Source: an uncultured Pseudomonadota bacterium | GTDB lineage: Bacteria > Myxococcota_A > Polyangia > Fen-1088 | Reading direction: 5' to 3' | Assembly (NCBI GenBank): GCA_963847705.1 | Contig: CAWKBC010000031.1 | Coordinates: forward strand, 1 to 27,189 | Length of the DNA stretch: 27,189 nt | Shown here: positions 1-7,960 of the stretch, one piece after another | How positions within the stretch are numbered: the stretch's first letter is position 1 | Layout of the letters: each line of letters starts with the position of its first letter | Program-made: the position numbers and the translations under genes | The notes under the pieces: generated by a model | What the model saw: only the letters and a program-made list of their open reading frames with translations | The model's database searches: none | What the model was told of the DNA's origin: nothing

Positions 1-6
1 GCCGGA

Positions 7-343
7 GCCTAGGAGGGCGTTGCCGTAAAGGCAACGGTGAGCGCAGCGAACCATGCCCGACGACGTGCCGCCCGGAGGCGGCCTAGGAGGGCGTTGCCGT
101 AAAGGCAACGGTGAGCGCAGCGAACCATGCCCGACGACGTGCCGCCCGGAGGCGGCCTAGGAGGGCGTTGCCGTAAAGGCAACGGTGAGCGCAGCGAACC
201 ATGCCCGACGACGTGCCGCCCGGAGGCGGCCTAGGAGGGCGTTGCCGTAAAGGCAACGGTGAGCGCAGCGAACCATGCCCGACGACGTGCCGCCCGGAGG
301 CGGCCTAGGAGGGCGTTGCCGTAAAGGCAACGGTGAGCGCAGC
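7..343. repeat. Exact 74-bp tandem repeat array (4 full copies plus one partial), REP-like and hairpin-rich
   Basis: The unit cctaggagggcgttgccgtaaaggcaacggtgagcgcagcgaaccatgcccgacgacgtgccgcccggaggcgg starts at 8, 82, 156 and 230, with a partial copy from 304 to 343. It contains the inverted repeats cgttgcc/ggcaacg and gccgcc/ggcggc. Confidence 0.95.
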
Positions 344-450
344 CGCAAGCGGCTGAGCTCAGCTTCGCGTCCTTGTCAGTCATTCCCTCGTGGCTACGTT
401 CCAGTTGGGAGTGCGTCGCGGCACATGGGCGGCGGCGCGAAGGAGGGAAC

Positions 451-1092
451 ATGCGGCGGCTGGGGAGACTCGGAACGGCCGTGCTGTTCGTGGCGTCTGT
501 TGTCGGTGTTGGCATCGCAGCAGCGCGCGCGGCAGTCCCCGGAGATCAGGCCCGGGAGACGGCCCCGTTCGGGGCCGAGGTGGGCGCGCCTGTCGCGCTG
601 TTGAGCCGACTGCACCACGCAGCAGAGCGGGAGGTGCAGCTGGGTGACCTGGCAGAGACCGGCGGTTCGTCGGCGGCAAGTCGTCGCTACGGCGCGGAGC
701 TGTCGGCGGACTTTCGCGACCTCGACCAGCGGATCGTCGCGACGGCAGCGTCAGTCGGGGTCGACGACGCGCGGCTCTCCGCGGTCGAGGCGGGAGAGAA
801 TGTGGTCGCGCTCAAGAAGGAATCGGACGATTTCGGACGCCTGGCGAATGAGCGGGGCGCGTCCTTCGATCGAGACTTCTGGGTGACCGTCGCCGAGTCG
901 CAGTCAGCGGAATCAGACATGCTGACCTCGACGGCTGCGCACGAGCCGGCGCTGCTCGGGCTGGTGAGCGAGATGAGCCAGCTGTACGACCGGTCGAGCA
1001 GGCGCGCGCTCGTGGCGGCCTCGGGCGACTCGGCATCGGCAGAGCCCGCCAACTCACCGGGCGAGCCCCCGGCGGACGGGCATTCGCACTAG
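451..1092 (+). CDS. Exported DUF4142-like (ferritin-like) protein
   Basis: RBS aggaggg directly precedes ATG 451. N-terminal signal peptide. The segments LHH..EREVQLGDLA, YGAELSADF..LDQ and GASFDRDF resemble the DUF4142 pattern. Confidence 0.6.
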   Translation: MRRLGRLGTAVLFVASVVGVGIAAARAAVPGDQARETAPFGAEVGAPVALLSRLHHAAEREVQLGDLAETGGSSAASRRYGAELSADFRDLDQRIVATAASVGVDDARLSAVEAGENVVALKKESDDFGRLANERGASFDRDFWVTVAESQSAESDMLTSTAAHEPALLGLVSEMSQLYDRSSRRALVAASGDSASAEPANSPGEPPADGHSH

Positions 1093-1105
1093 CGTGGCCT
1101 CGCGC

Positions 1106-1894
1106 TCAGTCCTCCGGCCGCTGGGCGCGGAGGCGGCGGACGCTTGCCAGCGCGGCGACGAGCGCAGCGGGGGTCGGGCTCTCGGCGACCGCGGCGACGG
1201 CCACGCCGCTGTCTGAGGCCTGGCGGGCCGTGGTCGGTCCGATGACCGCGACCGCCGCGTGGGCCAGCGCCGCAGCGGTCCAGCGCGCGACGAACGCGCG
1301 CAGCGCCGACGGGCTGGCGAACAGGACAGCGTCGAAGTCCGGCAGCGGCGGCAGGGGCGCAAGCGCGACCGTCTGGGAGACAGGGAGAACCTCGACCGCA
1401 ATTCCGCGGGCGGCCAGCGCAGCCGGCAGATGATCGCGGCCGTCGAGGGCACGCGGGAAGAGCACCCGCGCCGTCGCCGGCAGGTCCGCGAGCGCCGCCA
1501 CCAGCCCTTCCTGGCGCTGCTCGAGATCGGGCGGGACGATCGCCACCCGCAGTCCCTCGGCCGCGAGCGCGCGCGCCGTCCCCGGTCCGACGGCCGCGAG
1601 CGGCATGGCCGCCAGCGTCTCGGCCCCCCCGGTCTCGCGCAGCCGCGCCAGTGCCAGGCGCACCGCCGACGGGCTGGTGAACACCACCCAGGTTCCGGCC
1701 GCCCCCGCCGCGAAGGCCCGGTCGAACGGCGACCAGTCGGGGGGCGGCCTCACCTCGACCGTCGGGTAGGCGAGCGGAATGGCACCGGCCTGACGGAGTG
1801 CGGTCAGCAAGGGGCCGGCCTGCTCGGACGGCCGGGTGACCAGCACGCGCCAGCCTGTGAGCGGGAGAGCGCCTCCTGGCCGAGTTCCGGGCAC
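1106..1894 (-). CDS. hemD: Uroporphyrinogen-III synthase
   Basis: Motifs [36 protein letters not shown] and VIGPTTA. The in-frame GTG at 1894 was chosen because the longer ORF overlaps the divergent gene. Confidence 0.9.
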   Translation of the reverse strand: MPGTRPGGALPLTGWRVLVTRPSEQAGPLLTALRQAGAIPLAYPTVEVRPPPDWSPFDRAFAAGAAGTWVVFTSPSAVRLALARLRETGGAETLAAMPLAAVGPGTARALAAEGLRVAIVPPDLEQRQEGLVAALADLPATARVLFPRALDGRDHLPAALAARGIAVEVLPVSQTVALAPLPPLPDFDAVLFASPSALRAFVARWTAAALAHAAVAVIGPTTARQASDSGVAVAAVAESPTPAALVAALASVRRLRAQRPED

Positions 1895-1915
1895 CGTTCG
1901 ATGATACCGTGAGGC

Positions 1916-2434
<519 letters not shown>

Positions 2435-2472
2435 CCAGGCGCGCGCCAGAGACGACTTAGAATCGAGGGCAG

Positions 2473-4590
2473 ATGGAGCCGATGCTGGCCACCCTGGCCG
2501 AAGCGCCGCTGGTCGACCCGAACCTGGTCTACGAGCCGAAGTACGACGGGATCCGGGCGCTGATTTCGGTGGTGCCGCGCGGTCGCGCCGTCGAGGTGAC
2601 CATCGCCTCGCGACAAGGAAACGACAAGACCAGGCAGTTCCCGGAGGTGGTCGAGGCGCTCACGCGCTGGGGGAAGAGACGCAAGCTGGCGGCGCTGCTC
2701 GACGGCGAGATCGTGGCGCTCGACGCCCAGGGGGACCCGATGGGATTCGAGCGCCTGCAGGAGCGGATCCATCAGACCTCCGCCCCCGAGGTGGCGCGGC
2801 TGGCGGGTGAGCGGCCGGTCGCCTTCGTCGCCTTCGATCTGCTGCACGATGGCGCCGACGACCTGGTCGGGCTGCCGCTCGCCGAGCGGCGCCGCCGGCT
2901 GGAGGCTGCGCTCGCGGGCGGTGTCGACAGCACGCTCCGGATGGCGCGCCAGGTGCGCGGCGACGGCACCGCGCTGATGGACGAGGCGCGCCAGCACGGC
3001 TGGGAGGGGATCGTCGCCAAGGACGCACGCTCGACCTACAAGCCCGGCCGGCGCACGCTCGACTGGCGGAAGCTGAAGCTGGTCAAGCGGCAGGAGCTGG
3101 TGATCGGCGGCTTCACCGAGCCGCGCGGCGCGCGTGCCCACTTCGGGGCGCTGCTCCTGGGGCTGCCGACGGCGAGCGGGCGATTGCGCTATGCGGGACA
3201 TGTCGGCGGTGGCTTCACCGACAAGGAGCTGACGCATGTTTGGGGCTTGCTCAGGGCACGCGCGGCGGAGATCTCGCCGTTCGACGGCCCGCTGCCGGCC
3301 AACGGGAAGCCGCACTGGGTCCGCCCCGACCTGGTCGCCGAGGTGAAGTTCGCGGAGTGGACGACGGAAGGCTACCTGAGGCAGCCCGTCTACCTCGGGT
3401 TGCGTGACGATCTGCTTCCGGGTTCGCTGAACGTCGAGGTGAAGCCGCCCGAGACGCCAGCCGCCCCGAAGACGTCGACGCGCACTTCGACGCGGGCTTC
3501 GCCGAACACTTCGACGCGGGCTTCGCCGAACACTTCGACGCGGGCTTCGCCGAAGACTTCGACGCAGGCTTCGCCGAAGACTTCGACGCGGGCTTCGTCC
3601 TCGACCGGCTCACCGCCCGACGGCCCTGAGCTGACCGAGGTCAGCGCGGCGTTCGAGGCCCTGGCCGCGCGCGGCAGCGGCAAGCTCGAGCTGCCGGGCG
3701 GCGCAGTGCTCGAGCTCGGCAACCTGGGCAAGCCGCTCTGGCCCGCGCTCGGCCTCACCAAGGGCGATCTGTTCCGCTACTACCTGGCGGTCTCGCCGTT
3801 CTTGTTGCCGGTGGTGCGCGACCGGCCGCTGGTCATGAAGCGATTCCCCGACGGGATTGCCGGCAACGCCTTCTACCAGCAGCGCGCGCCCGAGCCGGTC
3901 CCGCGCGGCGTCCGCAGCGAGCGGGTCGACATCGGCGACGACGTGCCGGCGCGCCTGGTCGGCGGCGATCTGGCGACGCTGCTGCACATGGTGCAGCTGG
4001 CGGTGATCTCCCAGGATCCCTGGTTCTCGCGCGCGCAGTCGCCACGCGAGATGGACTGCGCGGCGATCGATCTCGATCCGATGGCCGAGGCGCCATTCGA
4101 GCGGGTGCGCGACGTCGCGCGCTGGGTCCACGACGAGCTCGACGCGCTGGGGATCCCGGGCTGGCTGAAGACCTCCGGCTCGCGCGGGCTGCACATCTTC
4201 CTGCCGCTCCGCCCCGGCACCTCCTACGAGTCGGGGATGCTGTTTTGCCAGATCGTGGCGTCGTTCGTGGTCCACCAGCACCCCGAAGCGGCCACGGTCG
4301 AGCGGACCGTCAACAAGCGCGACCCCAAGACCGTCTACATCGATTGCCTGCAGAACATCAGCGGCAAGACGCTGGCCTGCGCCTACAGCGCGCGCGCCAG
4401 CGACTACGCCGGGGCTTCGACGCCGCTCGCCTGGGATGAGCTCGACCACCGGCTCGATCCGCGCGCCTTCACGATCCGCACGCTGCCGGCGCGCCTCGGC
4501 GAGGTGGGCGATCTCTGGGCCGGTTTGCGCCAGGCGCCGGGAATCGATCTCGAAGCCGCGCTGGAACGCGCCCAAGGGCGCAATCGTTGA
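2473..4590 (+). CDS. ligD: NHEJ DNA ligase D (ATP-dependent ligase, OB fold, C-terminal primase-polymerase domain)
   Basis: Ligase motifs PMLAT, EPKYDG (adenylated Lys), LDGEIV, FDLL, EGIVAK, WRKLK and LRQPVYLGLRDD. Polymerase motifs RFPDG, DLDP and KTSGSRGLHI. Confidence 0.93.
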   Translation: MEPMLATLAEAPLVDPNLVYEPKYDGIRALISVVPRGRAVEVTIASRQGNDKTRQFPEVVEALTRWGKRRKLAALLDGEIVALDAQGDPMGFERLQERIHQTSAPEVARLAGERPVAFVAFDLLHDGADDLVGLPLAERRRRLEAALAGGVDSTLRMARQVRGDGTALMDEARQHGWEGIVAKDARSTYKPGRRTLDWRKLKLVKRQELVIGGFTEPRGARAHFGALLLGLPTASGRLRYAGHVGGGFTDKELTHVWGLLRARAAEISPFDGPLPANGKPHWVRPDLVAEVKFAEWTTEGYLRQPVYLGLRDDLLPGSLNVEVKPPETPAAPKTSTRTSTRASPNTSTRASPNTSTRASPKTSTQASPKTSTRASSSTGSPPDGPELTEVSAAFEALAARGSGKLELPGGAVLELGNLGKPLWPALGLTKGDLFRYYLAVSPFLLPVVRDRPLVMKRFPDGIAGNAFYQQRAPEPVPRGVRSERVDIGDDVPARLVGGDLATLLHMVQLAVISQDPWFSRAQSPREMDCAAIDLDPMAEAPFERVRDVARWVHDELDALGIPGWLKTSGSRGLHIFLPLRPGTSYESGMLFCQIVASFVVHQHPEAATVERTVNKRDPKTVYIDCLQNISGKTLACAYSARASDYAGASTPLAWDELDHRLDPRAFTIRTLPARLGEVGDLWAGLRQAPGIDLEAALERAQGRNR
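3484..3597 (+). repeat. 24-bp in-frame tandem repeat in the ligD linker, encoding TST(R/Q)ASP(N/K)
   Basis: acttcgacgc(g/a)ggcttcgccgaa(c/g) occurs at 3484, 3508, 3532 and 3556, with a partial copy at 3580. Confidence 0.92.
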
Positions 4591-4651
4591 CGAAATTCTC
4601 GATCGCCTTGTGGTAAGAGTACCGCCGTCAAACCCACCTAGGAGACCGTTC

Positions 4652-5311
4652 ATGCGTTCGAAAATCTCGTTGTCGGTGCTGCTCGCTCTCTCGTTGGTTG
4701 GAATCGCTGCCGCGCGCGCGGACGACGACGATCCGGCCAAGGGGCATTTCACGCTCGAGGAGGCCACCAAGGGCCTCTCCGGCTCAGGTCCGCTGACCGC
4801 CAAGATCGACACGACGCTGGGGGCCTTCACCTGCGAGCTCTACGACAAGCAGGCGCCGGTCACCGTGGCGAACTTCATCGGCCTGGCGCGCGGGCTGCGC
4901 CCCTGGAAGGACCCCAAGAGCGGCAAGTGGGTGAAGAAGCCGTTCTACGACGGGCTCATCTTCCACCGCGTGATCCCGGGCTTCATGATCCAGGGCGGCG
5001 ATCCGCTGGGGACGGGGACCGGAAACCCAGGCTACCGCTTCGAGGACGAGTTCTCGCCCGACCTCAAGTTCGACAAGCCCGCCCTCCTGGCCATGGCCAA
5101 CGCCGGTCCGGCCACCAACGGCTCGCAGTTCTTCATCACCGAGGGGACGCCCGAGCACCTCACCGGCCACCACACCATCTTCGGTCACTGTGATCCGCTC
5201 GCGCTGGTCACCAAGATCACCGGCGTCGAACGCGGCCCGCGCGACAAGCCGGTCACCGACGTCGTGATCAAGAAGGTCAGCATCTCGAGAGGCAAGAAGG
5301 CGAAGAAGTAG
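4652..5311 (+). CDS. Exported cyclophilin-type peptidyl-prolyl cis-trans isomerase
   Basis: RBS aggag before ATG 4652 and a signal peptide. Motifs APVTVANFIGLA, FHRVIPGFMIQGGDP, AMANAG, NGSQFFIT and HTIFG. Confidence 0.95.
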   Translation: MRSKISLSVLLALSLVGIAAARADDDDPAKGHFTLEEATKGLSGSGPLTAKIDTTLGAFTCELYDKQAPVTVANFIGLARGLRPWKDPKSGKWVKKPFYDGLIFHRVIPGFMIQGGDPLGTGTGNPGYRFEDEFSPDLKFDKPALLAMANAGPATNGSQFFITEGTPEHLTGHHTIFGHCDPLALVTKITGVERGPRDKPVTDVVIKKVSISRGKKAKK

Positions 5312-5315
5312 GCGA

Positions 5316-6626
5316 ATGAAACACTTCGTTCTCGACACGAACGTACTCATTCACGATCCGCGCGCCATCCTCTCCTTCGCCGACAACGAGGTCGTCGTTC
5401 CGATCTTCGTCATCGAGGAGATCGACCAATTCAAGAAAGAGGCCTCGGAGCGCGGGCGCAACGCCCGTGAGGTGGCGCGCATGCTCGACGGGCTGCGCGC
5501 CGACGGCGCCCGCCTGTCGGACGGGGCGCCGCTGCCGTCGGGCGGCCGGCTGCGCGTCGCCTCGGCGGCGCGCGCCGTGCCGACCACGCTGCGCGAGAGC
5601 CAGATCGCCGACCACCTGATCCTGATGGTGGCGCTCGACGTGCGCGACTACAACAAGGGCGAGCCGACGATCTTCGTCACCAAGGACGTCAACCTCCGGA
5701 TCCGTGCCGACTCGCTGGGCCTCACCTCGATGGACTTCGAGGGCGAGCGGATCGACATCGACGAGCTCTACTCGGGGATGACCGAGTTCGTGACCAGCGG
5801 CGCCGACGTCGACGCCTTCTACGCGCAGAACACGCTGGCGATGCCGGAGGCCACCTTCAAGTCCAACCAGTACGTCCTCCTGCGCGATCGCGACAACCCC
5901 TCGCACAGCGCGCTCGGCCGCTTCGACGCGGTCGGCAAGCAGCTGCTGTCGCTGCGCAAGCTGCGGGACGGCATCTGGGGGATCCGGCCGCGCAACAAGG
6001 AGCAGCACTGCGCGCTCGATCTGCTCCTCTGCGACGACATCAAGCTGGTCACGCTCATCGGCAAGGCCGGCACCGGCAAGACGATGCTGGCGCTGGCCAC
6101 GGGCCTGCAGAAGGTGGTCGAGGAGCAGGTCTATTCGAAGCTGCTGGTCTCGCGTCCGATCTTCCCGCTGGGCCGCGACGTCGGCTACCTGCCGGGCGAC
6201 ATCGAGGAGAAGCTGAACCCCTGGATGCAGCCGATCTACGACAACGTCGAGTTCCTGATGGGGCTCTCCAAGACGGAGCGCAAGAACGGACGCTCCTATC
6301 AAGAGCTGATCGATCTCGGCTACATCGAGATCGAGCCGCTGACGTACATCCGCGGCCGCTCGATCCCCAACCAGTACATCATCGTCGACGAGGCGCAGAA
6401 CCTGACGCCACACGAGGTGAAGACCATCATCACCCGCGTCGGCGAGGCCACCAAGGTGGTGCTCACCGGCGACCCGTACCAGATCGACAACCCCTACGTC
6501 GACGCCACCTCCAACGGCCTCACCACGGTCGTCGAGAAGTTCAAGGGCGAGCCGATGGCGGGCCACGTGACGCTCTCCAAGGGGGAGCGCTCGCCGCTCG
6601 CCGAGCTCGCCTCGAACGTGCTCTAG
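5316..6626 (+). CDS. PIN-PhoH fusion protein (PhoH2/YlaK type)
   Basis: PIN motifs VLDTNVL, VIEEID and VTKDVNLR. PhoH motifs GKAGTGKT (Walker A), IRGRS, IIVDEAQN and GDPYQID. Confidence 0.93.
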   Translation: MKHFVLDTNVLIHDPRAILSFADNEVVVPIFVIEEIDQFKKEASERGRNAREVARMLDGLRADGARLSDGAPLPSGGRLRVASAARAVPTTLRESQIADHLILMVALDVRDYNKGEPTIFVTKDVNLRIRADSLGLTSMDFEGERIDIDELYSGMTEFVTSGADVDAFYAQNTLAMPEATFKSNQYVLLRDRDNPSHSALGRFDAVGKQLLSLRKLRDGIWGIRPRNKEQHCALDLLLCDDIKLVTLIGKAGTGKTMLALATGLQKVVEEQVYSKLLVSRPIFPLGRDVGYLPGDIEEKLNPWMQPIYDNVEFLMGLSKTERKNGRSYQELIDLGYIEIEPLTYIRGRSIPNQYIIVDEAQNLTPHEVKTIITRVGEATKVVLTGDPYQIDNPYVDATSNGLTTVVEKFKGEPMAGHVTLSKGERSPLAELASNVL

Positions 6627-6648
6627 CGCACAGCCGGGCTCCTCAAAA

Positions 6649-6677
6649 TTGGCGGCGCGGGCGTATCGCTTTACACT
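6649..6677 (+). promoter_or_regulatory. Candidate sigma70-type promoter for the Gly-rich lipoprotein gene
   Basis: TTGGCG (6649-6654), a 17-bp spacer and TACACT (6672-6677), in an intergenic region. Confidence 0.45.
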
Positions 6678-6732
6678 GCCGGCCACCGCGGAGCTTCTTG
6701 TGCGCGGCGAGTCTGTTCCAACCGGAGGGTTC

Positions 6733-7509
6733 ATGCGTCGACTTGGTCTCTGCGTCTCGGTCCTGATGCTGGTTTTGAGCGGGTGCGGTTCTTCGGGCGG
6801 CGGCGGGACCGGCGGGGGTGGCGGCGGCGCGGGGACCACCGGCGGCGCGGGCACCAGCGGCGGCGCGGGCACCACGGGCGGCGCGGGCACCGGCGGTCAT
6901 GGCGGCGGCGCGGGCACCACGGGCGGCGCGGGCACGACCGGCGGTGCGGGCACGACGGGCGGCGCGGGCATCGGCGGTCATGGCGGCGGTGCGGCCGGTG
7001 CCGCGGGTGGCGGCGCGACCGGTACGGGAGGCGCCACGGCCTGCGGCGACGGGACCGGGACTGGATTCGGCCTCACCTGCAGCGCCATCACGCCCGCCGG
7101 TCCTTGCGTGACTTCGACCTTCTCGACGGCAGCGATGCCGACGCCGGGGGGCGGCGGATTCACGGCCGGGACGTACAATCTCGTCTCGGAGACCACTTAC
7201 GGACCGGCCGACGCTGGAGCTGGATTCTTCTCGGAGACCCTTCGTCAGACGTACGTCCTCTCAAACGTCACCGCGACCACGTTCACCCTCGATCAGGTCG
7301 AGTCGTCGGGGACGGCCGTGGCCCGATCGCACGGGACCGTGACCGTGTCGGGAATGACCGCCACCTTCACCCCGACCTGCCCGGCCACGGACGCGGGAAG
7401 CGACTCCGGCGGGAGCGCCGAGTTCACGGCGACCTCGACGTCGGTCACGCTGTTCGAGTCGAAGAACAACGGTCTCGTCCAGGTCACCGTCTACGACAAG
7501 GCCCCGTAG
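6733..7509 (+). CDS. Lipoprotein with a Gly/Thr-rich linker and a beta-rich C-terminal domain of unknown function
   Basis: RBS ggaggg before ATG 6733. Lipobox LSGC, GGAGTT repeats, then a Cys-containing Thr-rich domain. Confidence 0.8.
   Translation: MRRLGLCVSVLMLVLSGCGSSGGGGTGGGGGGAGTTGGAGTSGGAGTTGGAGTGGHGGGAGTTGGAGTTGGAGTTGGAGIGGHGGGAAGAAGGGATGTGGATACGDGTGTGFGLTCSAITPAGPCVTSTFSTAAMPTPGGGGFTAGTYNLVSETTYGPADAGAGFFSETLRQTYVLSNVTATTFTLDQVESSGTAVARSHGTVTVSGMTATFTPTCPATDAGSDSGGSAEFTATSTSVTLFESKNNGLVQVTVYDKAP
6820..6990 (+). repeat. Imperfect 18-bp coding repeats (GGAGTT)
   Basis: ggcggcgcgggcac(c/g)ac-like units recur, with a higher-order duplication marked by ggcggtcat (GGH). Boundaries are approximate. 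Confidence 0.75.
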
Positions 7510-7516
7510 CGGCGGC

Positions 7517-7960
7517 TCAAGGATCCGAGCGGACCGGCTCGAGCCGCGCCAGGTGGCGGCCGAAGCGATCGGCGATCAGATGCTCGATGCAGTAGTTGGA
7601 GCGCTCGAGCCGTTTGCGTCCACAGCCGGCCTTCCGGCACTCCATCTTCTGCTCGCGCAGCGGTCCCAGATGCTCCTCGAGGCGGGCCAGGCAATAGGCG
7701 CGCAGCGTGGCCGGCCGGTCGATCTCCTTGAGGCGGCGCGCCGACGCCGGCTCGAGGCTGCACAGGATCATCCCCCCCTCCACCTCCTCGGGCCAGGCGG
7801 CCAGCCAGAACCGATTGCAGCCGGGACACTGGCGCAGCTCCTCCCACTCGGCGAGCTCGACGACCGGCCACTGCATCACGCTGTCGTCCTCCACGCGCGA
7901 CCAGGCGGGGCGGGCGCGACAGGGGCATTCCAGGACGGGTGGTTCCACGGCGCCGCTCAA
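7517..7960 (-). CDS. Hypothetical Cys-rich, putative metal-binding protein
   Basis: The TTG start overlaps the upstream TGA. Motifs CPC, CPGC..FW, CRKAGC and YCIEHL. Confidence 0.7.
   Translation of the reverse strand: MSGAVEPPVLECPCRARPAWSRVEDDSVMQWPVVELAEWEELRQCPGCNRFWLAAWPEEVEGGMILCSLEPASARRLKEIDRPATLRAYCLARLEEHLGPLREQKMECRKAGCGRKRLERSNYCIEHLIADRFGRHLARLEPVRSDP

Noticed and set aside
7-343. CRISPR array
   Set aside because: The whole 74-bp period is identical, so there are no unique spacers. No cas genes are in the window.
157-679. Short ORFs across and next to the repeat array
   Set aside because: These are Arg/Pro-rich by-products of a non-triplet repeat and GC-rich sequence, with no recognisable product.
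4587-4620. TTGACG...TAAGAG promoter for the cyclophilin gene
   Set aside because: The spacing is 21 bp and the -10 match is poor.
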